From Abditibacterium sp. (lineage in GTDB: Bacteria; Armatimonadota; Abditibacteriia; Abditibacteriales; Abditibacteriaceae): 64,000 nucleotides of DNA. Shown piece after piece: positions 28,481 through 37,716 of this stretch. The notes beneath the pieces were generated by a model. It worked only from the letters and a program-made list of their open reading frames with translations. It had not been told where the DNA came from and did not search any database. A program made the position numbers and the translations under genes. The stretch is taken from positions 2,688,001-2,752,000 of the forward strand of contig OZ251992.1 in the NCBI GenBank assembly GCA_965246885.1, written 5' to 3'. How positions within the stretch are numbered: the stretch's first letter is position 1; every line of letters starts with the position of its first letter.

Positions 28481-29781
28481 GGGGAAAGCGGCGTCGCCGT
28501 TGGCGCGGCGAAAGCAGTGGGAGCCGGGGTGGGTGTGGGCGCGGGCACGTTGGGCAGGGCACGGTCGTTGATATACAAGCGCGAGCGGGCGCGCAGCCAC
28601 GTCCCACCCTCCAAACCGGGCGCGTTGAGCCACGCCGGAGCGGGGGGTGGGAGCAACAGGTTCCGGCGCTGAACGGACGCCGTAAAAACGGGCACCTCGT
28701 CGCCCGCGAAGGTGACGAGCGAGGCGTCTAAGCCGCGCCCCTTATCGAGCGCGACGGCCACGATGTCCACGTTTTGCAATTGCGAGTCGAGCGCAAAAGC
28801 CATTTGCACCAAGCGCGCCGCGCGCACCGCCACCAGACGGCGCACCCCCGCTTCTTCGGCGGGCACTTGGAAGCGGATGGCGGCGCAGCGATACGACGTC
28901 CGGCCCGCCTTCACCGGCGCGACCTCCACATCCAACAGGGCGAAGGGGCGGGCGAGCGGCGTCAGTTTGCCGCGCAGATACGCCTCGACTGACGGCAAAA
29001 ACAGCGTCGAACGCTTGGCGAGGGCCAACTCCTCGGCCCGCCCTTCGCCGGGAAACTGGCCCAGCCCCTCACCCTCGGCCTGCGCCGAACCGGGCGGCGC
29101 CACTGATACATTTGGCGCCGCCGACGCGGTGGCGCCAAGGCCGAATTTCCCCTCGAAGCGCGGCGAAAACAGCGCCATCCCGATACACACCGCAAGCGTG
29201 AGCGCAAGCGGCGCGGCGCGAAGTGTCACCAAGCGCAAGCGCGCCAACCACGCCAAATGCCGTTCGCACCCCGCTGCCAACAGCCAAAACGCTCCTACTC
29301 CCAACGCCGCGCCCAGAAACACGTCCGCGAAGTAGTTGTCGCCACAAAACATCCGCGTCAGGCCCAGCAAGAAGACGATGGCCCAACTGACAGACCCGAC
29401 GCGCCGATTGAGCCGCCACGACGCGCCCGCGACGATGGCCGCCAGCAGCACTTCCACGCACGGAAAGGAGTTGTCCTGCGGCTCCACGACCAGCAAGTTC
29501 ACGCGCCGCGTCATCAAAGGGCGCGGCGACAGGTTGCCCAGATGCCACGCGCTTGCCGCGCACGCAAAGCCCCACACGATAAGCGCGCCTAACCCCACCG
29601 CCAGCACAAGCGCGAGCGCCGTTTTGGAACGGGATACGCCGCCCCGCGCGGGCAGAAGCAGCAGTTGCGCCAGTAGCAGCGTCCCCAACGCGGGCAAGGC
29701 GCCGACGTACACGGCGCGGGCCAAGCCATCGAGAAGCGGCCAGCGTCCGGCGAGATCGTTAAGGAACAAAAACAGTTGCAC
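28477..29781 (-). CDS. PAP2-like membrane protein with degenerate active site and extra C-terminal domain
   Basis: LFLFLNDLAG.WPLLD, RP, NSFP, TRMFCGDNYFADV; stop overlaps deacetylase start. Confidence 0.75.
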   Translation of the reverse strand: MQLFLFLNDLAGRWPLLDGLARAVYVGALPALGTLLLAQLLLLPARGGVSRSKTALALVLAVGLGALIVWGFACAASAWHLGNLSPRPLMTRRVNLLVVEPQDNSFPCVEVLLAAIVAGASWRLNRRVGSVSWAIVFLLGLTRMFCGDNYFADVFLGAALGVGAFWLLAAGCERHLAWLARLRLVTLRAAPLALTLAVCIGMALFSPRFEGKFGLGATASAAPNVSVAPPGSAQAEGEGLGQFPGEGRAEELALAKRSTLFLPSVEAYLRGKLTPLARPFALLDVEVAPVKAGRTSYRCAAIRFQVPAEEAGVRRLVAVRAARLVQMAFALDSQLQNVDIVAVALDKGRGLDASLVTFAGDEVPVFTASVQRRNLLLPPPAPAWLNAPGLEGGTWLRARSRLYINDRALPNVPAPTPTPAPTAFAAPTATPLSP

Positions 29782-29903
29782 GCGCGAGAAAGAGGGGCGA
29801 AAACCGCGAAAGTATAAGGTTTGCGCCCCGGCGCGTTACCGGGATTGGCTTTCCGGGGTTTCTAACACTTCTCCCGCACTATCTCCTCTAAAATGAACTT
29901 CCC

Positions 29904-30569
29904 ATGATTTTCTCGGTTTTGGCGCTCCTGACTCTCGCGGGGGTGGCGGGGTTGGCGCTGTTTCCCGACGGCAATGCGCTCGTGGGGGCGCAAATGGCGC
30001 CTGACCGCGCGACGCTGTGGTTTCTGCTCGCGTGCGCGGCTGTGGCGCAAATCCCGGCGCTGTGGGTGCGGCTCCGCGCGTCACGCGACGGCACGACGTG
30101 GTTCCTCATCTGTAGCGCGTTTGTGCTGATGCACCTCGCCGACCGTGCGGGGCCGCGCGACGGGTGGGCGCTGACGTTCCCCTTCGCGCCCGATGACCCG
30201 ACTCCAGTTTCGTATGCGGCGCGCTTGGCAGTGATGGGGGCGCTCGCGTCGCTTCCCTACTGGACGCGGCGCGGCGGGCCGGAGAAAGCGATGCTGGCGG
30301 CGCTGGCGGTCGTGCTCGCGTTCGGGCTGGGAACGCTGTGGTATCTGGGGCACTTTTTTCCAGTCGGCGCCGAGCAAGAGTTGGTGCCGCGCCCGCTTGC
30401 GACTCTGCTCGTCCAAGGGGTGAGTTACGGCGCGCTCGCGCTGTGTTGTCGCGCGGCGACCGAGGATGAGCGGGTGCGCGGATGGGCGCTGCGCGTCTTG
30501 CCGTTGCTACTGCTCGCGGTGGTGTTGCGCCACCAACTCGCGCCGATTCCCGCGCCCAAGGACGAATAA
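29904..30569 (+). CDS. Hypothetical multi-pass membrane protein
   Basis: About seven hydrophobic segments; abuts next gene. Confidence 0.65.
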   Translation: MIFSVLALLTLAGVAGLALFPDGNALVGAQMAPDRATLWFLLACAAVAQIPALWVRLRASRDGTTWFLICSAFVLMHLADRAGPRDGWALTFPFAPDDPTPVSYAARLAVMGALASLPYWTRRGGPEKAMLAALAVVLAFGLGTLWYLGHFFPVGAEQELVPRPLATLLVQGVSYGALALCCRAATEDERVRGWALRVLPLLLLAVVLRHQLAPIPAPKDE

Positions 30570-31931
30570 ATGAAACCGTTCTCTTTGCTTCAGAAATTAG
30601 ATTCGTTCCTCTTGGGCCTCGCGGTTTTTACGCTGTGCGGGCAAATAGACGTGCGCCATTTCGGGCGCGACACCATCAAGGAACATCTGGGCTACGCCAC
30701 GAAAACCTATGCGCTCTCGCTGTCCGATGTTGTATTCGTCGCCCTCGTGCTGTGGTTCATCGCGCGCACGGCGCAGTTGCGGGCGTGGAACAAACTCTGG
30801 TGGCCGCCCTTGCCGTGCTGGGCGCTTCTCTTCGCCTTGATTTTATCCGCGCTCCATTCCCCCTCTATCGCGGCTCAAATGGCGGCGGCGCATCATCTCT
30901 TTACCAAGGAATCCAAGGGCGCGCTCGCCGACATCGTGCAATGGGTGGGCTACTTTCTGGTGGCGCCTTGGGTGTTCGTGAACCTTCTGCGCGACCGGCG
31001 CGAAGGCGCGGAAGTGCGGCGCGAAGGGATCGTCGTGGGCGCGCTTGTCGGGGCGTTCGTGGTGTCGGGCTTGGTGGCGTTGCTTCAAGGCATGCTGTGG
31101 GTGGAGGGAGCGCCGAGCGGCTTGTGGAGTTCGCCCAACATCTTCGGCGCGGTAGTGGCGTTCACGCTGCCCTTTTTGGACGAAATCGAGATTCGTAACC
31201 CGCGCTTCTCGCTTGTGCCGCTTGGCCTGTCGCTGTTCGCGCTGGGCGTCGTGGTGCTGTGTGTGGCATCCCCTTGGGCGGCGGGCGCGGCGCTGTTTGG
31301 GCTGGGATGCGCGACTCTGGCGCGGCCCAATCCGCTCCGCCTCAAGGCCACGCGCTTGGTGTTACTGCTGTGCGTGGGGGTTTTCGTGAGCGTGGTCTGG
31401 ACACGGATACCATCGCTCCAGCCTTATCGCGCCGAGTTCGCCACTCTCGATTGGACATCAATAACTCGACCAATCGAAACACGACCGGTCAAGAAGCAGT
31501 TCGTCGAGTGGCAGGTGGCGACGCGCTGGAACTTGCCCCGCGAGCGCGCCTTCGTAACGGGCGTGGGGCCGGGCAACTATCAACTGGGCATCGGGCAACT
31601 GTATCAATACGGCTTGGACAGCCCCGAAAAGATGCACCCCGATTCCAACAACCTCTTCTTGGTGCAAGCGATGTCCATTGGCATCTTGGGCTTGTCGGCG
31701 CTGTTGTGGATGCTGTGGCACTTCGGTTTGCTCGCTTGGCGCGCGGCACGGACGGGGTCGTGGATGGGCGCGGGAATCGTGGGCAGCATGGGCGCGTGGA
31801 TGGTGGTGAACTCGTTTCACGCGATGATCGTGCGCGGCGCGGGGTTATTGTTGGCCCTTTTCTTTGCCTTGGCGGTGGTCGCGGCGAGCAACAATGCGGG
31901 CGCCGAAGCGTCGAAGAAGGCCGAATTATGA
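30570..31931 (+). CDS. O-antigen ligase/Wzy_C-like membrane protein
   Basis: Many TMs; SPNIFG; GVGPGNY...NNLFLVQAMSIGILG. Confidence 0.75.
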   Translation: MKPFSLLQKLDSFLLGLAVFTLCGQIDVRHFGRDTIKEHLGYATKTYALSLSDVVFVALVLWFIARTAQLRAWNKLWWPPLPCWALLFALILSALHSPSIAAQMAAAHHLFTKESKGALADIVQWVGYFLVAPWVFVNLLRDRREGAEVRREGIVVGALVGAFVVSGLVALLQGMLWVEGAPSGLWSSPNIFGAVVAFTLPFLDEIEIRNPRFSLVPLGLSLFALGVVVLCVASPWAAGAALFGLGCATLARPNPLRLKATRLVLLLCVGVFVSVVWTRIPSLQPYRAEFATLDWTSITRPIETRPVKKQFVEWQVATRWNLPRERAFVTGVGPGNYQLGIGQLYQYGLDSPEKMHPDSNNLFLVQAMSIGILGLSALLWMLWHFGLLAWRAARTGSWMGAGIVGSMGAWMVVNSFHAMIVRGAGLLLALFFALAVVAASNNAGAEASKKAEL

Positions 31932-32440
31932 AACGCCGCGCTCTTCCGCTTTGCGCCCTCACTGCTCTCCTGTCGGGTGTCGCCCTCGCCGACAACGCCA
32001 AAGTTTGCTTCGAGGCCGAAAACACCGCTTCCCTCCAATCGCCCATCCGCGTCGTCAAAGGCAAAGGCGCCTCGGTGTCAGGCGGCGGTTATCTGGAGAT
32101 TCCTTGGGATCAAAACAAAACCAAAGGCGTTGGCTATGCGACCTACGCGTTCAAAGCGCCCAAAGCGGGCGCTTACTATCTCTGGGCGCGCTGTTACTGG
32201 GCCAACGGCTGCGGCAACTCCATTCAAGCCGGAACGAGCAAAACCAACATGAAAGTTCTGGGCGAGGATGGCACCTACGACGCATGGCACTGGGTCGGCG
32301 GGACGGCCCGCTTCACGCTCAAAGCAGGCAAGAACACCTTTGTCTTGCACAACCACGAAACCGGCGTGCGCGTTGACCAGTTCTTTTTGTGCACCGACCC
32401 AGAATACACGCCAACGGGCATCCGCCCTATCACCAAGTAG
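31928..32440 (+). CDS. Secreted carbohydrate-binding-module-like protein
   Basis: Signal peptide; FEAE...SGGGYL...AGAYYLWAR...LKAGKNT...VDQF. Confidence 0.7.
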   Translation: MKRRALPLCALTALLSGVALADNAKVCFEAENTASLQSPIRVVKGKGASVSGGGYLEIPWDQNKTKGVGYATYAFKAPKAGAYYLWARCYWANGCGNSIQAGTSKTNMKVLGEDGTYDAWHWVGGTARFTLKAGKNTFVLHNHETGVRVDQFFLCTDPEYTPTGIRPITK

Positions 32441-32447
32441 GCGCGGC

Positions 32448-32555
32448 GGCAAAATAATTCGCTAACTGACGGCACAATTAACTGCGCGGGCGAAAGAATT
32501 AGCCCGGCGAAGGGAAGAATTGTACCCGCCGTCGCAAGAATTAACCCGCTGGTCG
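32448..32555. repeat. ~21-bp-period array, family B (core AAGAATTA[G/A]CC)
   Basis: AATT cores at 32456, 32476, 32497, 32518, 32539. Confidence 0.75.
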
Positions 32556-32667
32556 GCGCGCGCATGCCACTGAGGCGACGCCAGAGGTGAGGCAACGGCC
32601 CAGAAGCGGCGTATAATTCGCAACGCGATACGGTGCTCGCGCTTCTAAAGACTGCAACGGACACACC

Positions 32668-33279
32668 ATGAAACTTTCCTTCTCGCTCGCGGCCATTGTG
32701 CTCGCGATTTCGGTTCCGGCTTTGGCGCAGACCCGCCCCAACGTGGGCAATCGCACGAGTGGCGGCGGGGTTCTCCCGCTTCCCAAGGGCGTTGATCGCG
32801 TTGTTTCGATAGATGCTTACAACGAACTGCTCGCCGAAGGCACCGACGACACGGGACGACGCATTTACACACCCATCATCATCAACCACGTGTATTCGGG
32901 CGGCATCGCGGCGCTGTTTGGCGGCATTTCGATTCCGACAGAGCAGTTCGTCTCCCCCGGCGCGGGTGGTGGCAGCAATCGAGGTGGTGGCGGCTTTGGC
33001 GTGCGCGGCTTTGGCGGTGGAGGCAACACCTTCCAAACGGGCGGCGGCAACTTCAACGGAAGTCAAGGGTTCAATGGTGGGAACAACTTCAACGGCGGGC
33101 AAAACGGTGGCCCCATTACGGGTTTCAACAACCTCGGCGTCAACGGGGGCTTCAACAGCGCCGGGAATGGGCAAATCTTTCAAACTCCAAACGGAGGAAC
33201 CGGTTTCAGCCAATCGAGCATCGTTAATCCCGACGGGACAACGACGCCGCTCGCCAACGGGCCGTTCTTCCCGCAGTAA
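32668..33279 (+). CDS. Secreted Gly/Asn/Phe-rich protein with secretin N-domain-like segment
   Basis: Signal peptide; LPKGVDRVVSIDAYNELLAEGT; GGNFNG repeats; TATAAT at 32612. Confidence 0.7.
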   Translation: MKLSFSLAAIVLAISVPALAQTRPNVGNRTSGGGVLPLPKGVDRVVSIDAYNELLAEGTDDTGRRIYTPIIINHVYSGGIAALFGGISIPTEQFVSPGAGGGSNRGGGGFGVRGFGGGGNTFQTGGGNFNGSQGFNGGNNFNGGQNGGPITGFNNLGVNGGFNSAGNGQIFQTPNGGTGFSQSSIVNPDGTTTPLANGPFFPQ

Positions 33280-33291
33280 AAGGATTCCGGC

Positions 33292-34059
33292 GTGCCCATT
33301 GTCATTAAGAATAAAAACGAACTCAAACTCATGCGCCGCTCCGGTCGTGTGGCCCAGCGCATCCTCAACGAACTCGGCGCCGCTGCCCAAAACGGCGCGA
33401 CGGGCCGCGATCTCGATCGCTTAGCGCGCCGTCTGCTCGAACAAAACGGCGCTCGCTCGCCCTTTTTGGGCAAGAAAACCCAGAACGCCCCGCCTTATCC
33501 GAGCGTGCTCACGGTTTCCGTCAATGACGCGGTCGTTCACGGCATCCCGACGGACATGCCCTTCAAGAACGGCGACATCGTAGCGCTCGATGTGGGAGCT
33601 ATCGTCAACGGCTTTATCGGCGATACCGCAGGCACATTCGCTATTGGCACCCCCAGCGTCGCCGCGCAAAGGCTGATGCGCGTTACGAGCGAAGCGCGCG
33701 ACTTGGGCATCAAGGCGGCGGTCGTTGGCAACACGGTTGGCGACATTTCCCACGCCATTCAGCGCCATGTCGAAGATCACGGCTACTCTGTCGTGCGCGA
33801 GTTAGTCGGTCACGGCGTGGGCCGCTCGATGCACGAAGACCCGCAAGTCCCCAACTTCGGCCCGCGCAACGACGGCCCGCGCTTGCGCGCCGGTATGACC
33901 ATTGCCATCGAGCCGATGGTCAACGCAGGCGCCGCCGCCGTGAAGACCTTGCCCGACAAGTGGACGGTCGTCACCAAGGACGGGAGCCTGAGCGCCCATT
34001 TCGAGCACACCGTCGCCGTTCTAAGCGACGGCCCGGAAATTCTGACGGTGGATGAATGA
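33292..34059 (+). CDS. map: Type I methionine aminopeptidase
   Basis: SVNDAVVHGIP, GHGVG..MHEDP, AIEPM, SAHFEHT. Confidence 0.97.
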   Translation: MPIVIKNKNELKLMRRSGRVAQRILNELGAAAQNGATGRDLDRLARRLLEQNGARSPFLGKKTQNAPPYPSVLTVSVNDAVVHGIPTDMPFKNGDIVALDVGAIVNGFIGDTAGTFAIGTPSVAAQRLMRVTSEARDLGIKAAVVGNTVGDISHAIQRHVEDHGYSVVRELVGHGVGRSMHEDPQVPNFGPRNDGPRLRAGMTIAIEPMVNAGAAAVKTLPDKWTVVTKDGSLSAHFEHTVAVLSDGPEILTVDE

Positions 34060-34396
34060 GGCGAACGCGGAAGAGGCTTCACCCATGCGCTATGTGTCGT
34101 TAATTTTCGAGTGCCATGCCCACCCACAGCAAGGGCACGCAAACCTGTGGGAAGCGCTAACATGGACACTTCGGCCACCCGAACGCCGGGAACATAGAAG
34201 CATGGCGACGATTTGGATAGCGTATACCGACGACCCGCGATGGCGGGCAACGATTCCCACTGAGTTCGAGGCGAACGGGTTCCAGAAGATCGGCCCGATG
34301 GCGTTGCACGACGCGGAAGCGGCCATTATCGCGCTGAAATCGTTGCTGGAGGCTGCTGCTCTGTCTTATACCGAGCAGACCTGTTCTGATGATTGA
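34052..34396 (+). CDS. Hypothetical protein
   Basis: Overlaps map stop; no recognisable motif. Confidence 0.4.
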   Translation: MNEANAEEASPMRYVSLIFECHAHPQQGHANLWEALTWTLRPPERREHRSMATIWIAYTDDPRWRATIPTEFEANGFQKIGPMALHDAEAAIIALKSLLEAAALSYTEQTCSDD

Positions 34397-34429
34397 GTCC
34401 GGCAAATTCAATCGCCGTTTAGTCAAAGC

Positions 34430-34672
34430 CTACCGCTTCCGCGTCCCCATCTCGCTTTCTTTCATCGCGCGCCTGAGTCGTTGCAAGCGGCGCAGGAAGA
34501 CCCAGACGAGGGCCAGAAGCAGGAGTAAAGGGAGGACACTCGCCCAAACGGGGAGCGCGGTGCCGCTTGCTATGGCGCGGTGACGCGCCAGGAAGTATAG
34601 CCACGCGCCCACGAAAGAGATGACCATGATGAACGTTTCGAGGCGCTGCGGTTGCTTGGCGGGGGAAGTCAT
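34430..34672 (-). CDS. Small two-TM membrane protein
   Basis: MTSPAKQ...two hydrophobic helices, basic tail. Confidence 0.6.
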   Translation of the reverse strand: MTSPAKQPQRLETFIMVISFVGAWLYFLARHRAIASGTALPVWASVLPLLLLLALVWVFLRRLQRLRRAMKESEMGTRKR

Positions 34673-34708
34673 GCTCTCAGTTTGCCTCCGCCATACTGGG
34701 CGGGGATT

Positions 34709-35635
34709 ATGGCACTCAAACAAGAGATAGTGGCGCTGGGCGCGTGGAAGAACAACCTCGCGCTGTCGAACGACGCGTGCGAACTGCTGATTACGCTCGA
34801 TGTCGGGCCGCGCATCCTGTCGTTTGCCCCGAAGAAGGGGCGCAACGTGTTCAAGATATTCAAAGAACAACGCGGCAAAAGTGGCGAGGACGGTTGGCAG
34901 TCGCGCGGAGGGCATCGGTTGTGGCTGGCGCCCGAAAGCTACCCATTCTCCTACTTTCCCGATAACGCGCCCGTCGAGCACACGGTGCACCCCAATGGGG
35001 CAGTAACGCTGCTTGCCGAGGACGAGATGCCGCAGGGCTTCTCGAAGCAGATGGACGTGGCGCTGCATCCGACCAAAGCGCGGGTGCGGATTGTGCACCG
35101 CTTGGTGAACGTGGTGGACGAACCACAAACGGTGGCGCCTTGGATGCTGTCGGTGATGGACGCGGGTGGCGTTGCCATCGTTCCCCAGCCGACGCCGCGC
35201 GAGCATCCGGGTTTGGGGCCGGGCGACTTTACGCCGAACCGTTCGCTCGTTTTGTGGCCCTTCACCGACCTGAGCGATCCGCGCTTCCACTTGGGGGCGC
35301 GCTTCTGGACTATTGCGCAGGACGCCGCGCGCGGCGCCACGAAGATTGGCCTCCATTCGCCGGTCGAGTGGGCGGCGTATTATCTGGACGGCACGCTGTT
35401 CGTCAAGCGCTGGAGCTTCGATAAGGCCGCAACTTACCCCGACCGGGGCAGCGCTTTTGAACTGTTTACCAACGAGGAGATACTGGAGTTGGAAACCCTC
35501 GCGCCCCTCACGACGCTCAAACCGGGCGGCGTTGTCGAAGCGGTCGAGGAGTGGGAACTGTTCCCCAATGTCCCCACCTTCGACGCGCGGGATGACGAGT
35601 CCATCGCGGCGATGTTGATGGGTGTGGGGCTGTAA
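34709..35635 (+). CDS. DUF4380/aldose-epimerase-like protein
   Basis: DVGPRILSF, GGHRLWLAPE, YPDRG...LELETLAP. Confidence 0.75.
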   Translation: MALKQEIVALGAWKNNLALSNDACELLITLDVGPRILSFAPKKGRNVFKIFKEQRGKSGEDGWQSRGGHRLWLAPESYPFSYFPDNAPVEHTVHPNGAVTLLAEDEMPQGFSKQMDVALHPTKARVRIVHRLVNVVDEPQTVAPWMLSVMDAGGVAIVPQPTPREHPGLGPGDFTPNRSLVLWPFTDLSDPRFHLGARFWTIAQDAARGATKIGLHSPVEWAAYYLDGTLFVKRWSFDKAATYPDRGSAFELFTNEEILELETLAPLTTLKPGGVVEAVEEWELFPNVPTFDARDDESIAAMLMGVGL

Positions 35636-35643
35636 GCGGCGTG

Positions 35644-36360
35644 CTACGCGAGGTCAACCACCCACGCGCCGGGGACATGGGCATCCACGATGGCGCCGCC
35701 GAGGTTGAACCAGAGCGAGGCGGCGTCCAGTATGGCGGAATCGGCGGTAGCGATGAGGACATCGTCGCCCAATTTTTTGAGCGCGTTGTCGGCGGATGGC
35801 ACCAGTTCCACCCGCCACGCGCGGCCCGTTTGGGCGGCGACCTCCAGAAGCAGTTCGCGCAACCGCCCCGAATTGGACACGGGGGCGTCGAGCCACCACA
35901 AACATTCGGGCACGCGTAGTTCATCCAAGGTGGCGGCGATAAGTTCGAGGGCCGGGCCGGTTTCTTCGACGCGGCGGAAGTTGCCGTGCGAACTGGCGAG
36001 GTCGCGCAGTGCCCCGTCGCGCCCCCGTAAGATAACCGCGCCGCCCAACGCCGCTTCGACCAGCATCAAGACGTTGTAGCCGTCGAGGTGCAACACGCCG
36101 CTTCGGGCGCCCGCGACTTCCTTGCCCAAACGGAGGTCGCGCGTGGCGTCGCCGCACGCGCTGCGCCCGATGGCGGTGCGCTGGCGTTCGTGCAGTTGGA
36201 AGTGGTTGCCGACCAGTTCGAGGGCGGATTTACTCGCGTAGCCGCGCTCCAACAGCAGGGACAAATCGGCGACGGCTTCGCGTAGCATCGGGATTTGGCC
36301 GGGTGCGAACAGTTCGGCATCTTTGGGATGCGGCCCGCGATGAGTGGGAGTGTGTGGCAT
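35644..36360 (-). CDS. DUF434 family (PIN-like) protein
   Basis: HRGPHPKD, DLSLLLERGY, LDGYNVL, GRDGALRD, LDAPVSNSG, ATADS. Confidence 0.8.
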   Translation of the reverse strand: MPHTPTHRGPHPKDAELFAPGQIPMLREAVADLSLLLERGYASKSALELVGNHFQLHERQRTAIGRSACGDATRDLRLGKEVAGARSGVLHLDGYNVLMLVEAALGGAVILRGRDGALRDLASSHGNFRRVEETGPALELIAATLDELRVPECLWWLDAPVSNSGRLRELLLEVAAQTGRAWRVELVPSADNALKKLGDDVLIATADSAILDAASLWFNLGGAIVDAHVPGAWVVDLA

Positions 36361-36415
36361 GAAGAAATCGCCCGCAACAATCGGGGGGCGCCTCGCGTCT
36401 GACCCTTCCATTCTA

Positions 36416-37231
36416 ATGAAAATCACCGCTTTCGTGGGGCTTTGCGCCCCGCTTTTTTTGCCCGCCGCGTCCGCCCTCGCCAAACCAAAGTCGTGGGTGG
36501 GGCTGCAAGTGACAACCGACGCCGCCCGCTACGCTCCGGGACAGCCCATCACGGTGCGCCTGCTCGCCCACAACGATTACTTCGGCCCAGCCTATCTGAA
36601 GTTTACGAGCGGCCAGCGTTTCGACTTCCAACTGTTTCGGGTGGGGTCGAAGGACGCGGCGTACACGTGGAGCGCCAACAAGATGTTCGCCCAAACGACG
36701 GGGCAACTCAAGTTCTCGCCAACGCAAAGCAAGGAGTTCGAAGCGCAAATCGGGAATGAAGCGGGCGCGCTCCCACCGGGCAAGTATCAACTGCGCGCCT
36801 TCTTGACCAGCACCTCGCGCATCGAGGCCAAGCCGGTATCCCTCGAAATCGTGTCCTCTCTCGTGCCCCTGCAAACCACCACCGACAAGACGCAGTACAA
36901 GGTGGGAGAGCCGGTGCGCATCACCCTCGCGGCGCGCAACACGACGGGCGCAGCGCGAACGCTCCGCTTCAATAGTGGCCAGTCGTTCGACGTGGAAGTG
37001 TTCAACGGAGGCGGGGAACCGGTGTGGAATTGGGCCGCCAACAAACGCTTCACTATGGCGCTCCACTCGGTCGAACTGAAACCGGGGCAAACGCAAACCT
37101 ACGAAGCGACATGGGACGGTACCGCTCTGCCCGATGCCCCGAAAATGGCGCCCGGAACGTATACCATCCGCGCCACTCTTACGAGCAACCCGCGCATGGA
37201 AGCGCCCGCGCTCCGGGTCGAGATTAAGTAA
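36416..37231 (+). CDS. Secreted protein with two BsuPI (intracellular proteinase inhibitor)-like Ig domains
   Basis: Duplicated F[TN]SGQ[RS]FD...W[SA]ANK[MR]F...PG[KT]Y; signal peptide. Confidence 0.8.
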   Translation: MKITAFVGLCAPLFLPAASALAKPKSWVGLQVTTDAARYAPGQPITVRLLAHNDYFGPAYLKFTSGQRFDFQLFRVGSKDAAYTWSANKMFAQTTGQLKFSPTQSKEFEAQIGNEAGALPPGKYQLRAFLTSTSRIEAKPVSLEIVSSLVPLQTTTDKTQYKVGEPVRITLAARNTTGAARTLRFNSGQSFDVEVFNGGGEPVWNWAANKRFTMALHSVELKPGQTQTYEATWDGTALPDAPKMAPGTYTIRATLTSNPRMEAPALRVEIK

Positions 37232-37276
37232 CCGCGCAGGGAGCTTGAAACGGCGACTTGAAGTAAAATTTCACCC

Positions 37277-37675
37277 ATGAACTCCGAACCTATCGAGCGC
37301 GACCCGCACTGCGGCCCGGTTTCCAGCGAGGCGTGGGCGCGCGACGCCGAAGCGCGAAAGCGCGGGCGAGTGGAGATTTTCAACGCGCTCAAGCCAAGCG
37401 GCCTCGACAATTGGACAATGGACGCGCGGCAGTATGAACTGATGCGCGGGCACATCCTGACGATGATCGAGGCGTTTGGCGACGCGGATGGGATAATCGC
37501 CTTGGCCGAAGTGGTGGCGAGGGCGCAGGAAAAATACGCGACTCACGAGCTATTCCCCAAGGGGCGCGTGCGGAACTACTGCACTTTCACCAAAGTAGAC
37601 ATGGAAGCGCGCTGCGAAATCGAGCGCGTTCCGCGCCGCTCGCCGCAACGAATCCGGCTGTGGCGCGCGGAGTGA
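37277..37675 (+). CDS. Hypothetical protein (DUF6958-like)
   Basis: C-terminal TKVDMEARCEIERVPRRSPQRIRL. Confidence 0.6.
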   Translation: MNSEPIERDPHCGPVSSEAWARDAEARKRGRVEIFNALKPSGLDNWTMDARQYELMRGHILTMIEAFGDADGIIALAEVVARAQEKYATHELFPKGRVRNYCTFTKVDMEARCEIERVPRRSPQRIRLWRAE

Positions 37676-37716
37676 GGCGGCGGCACGCTAAAATGAAGGG
37701 CCATTCCACGAAAAAC

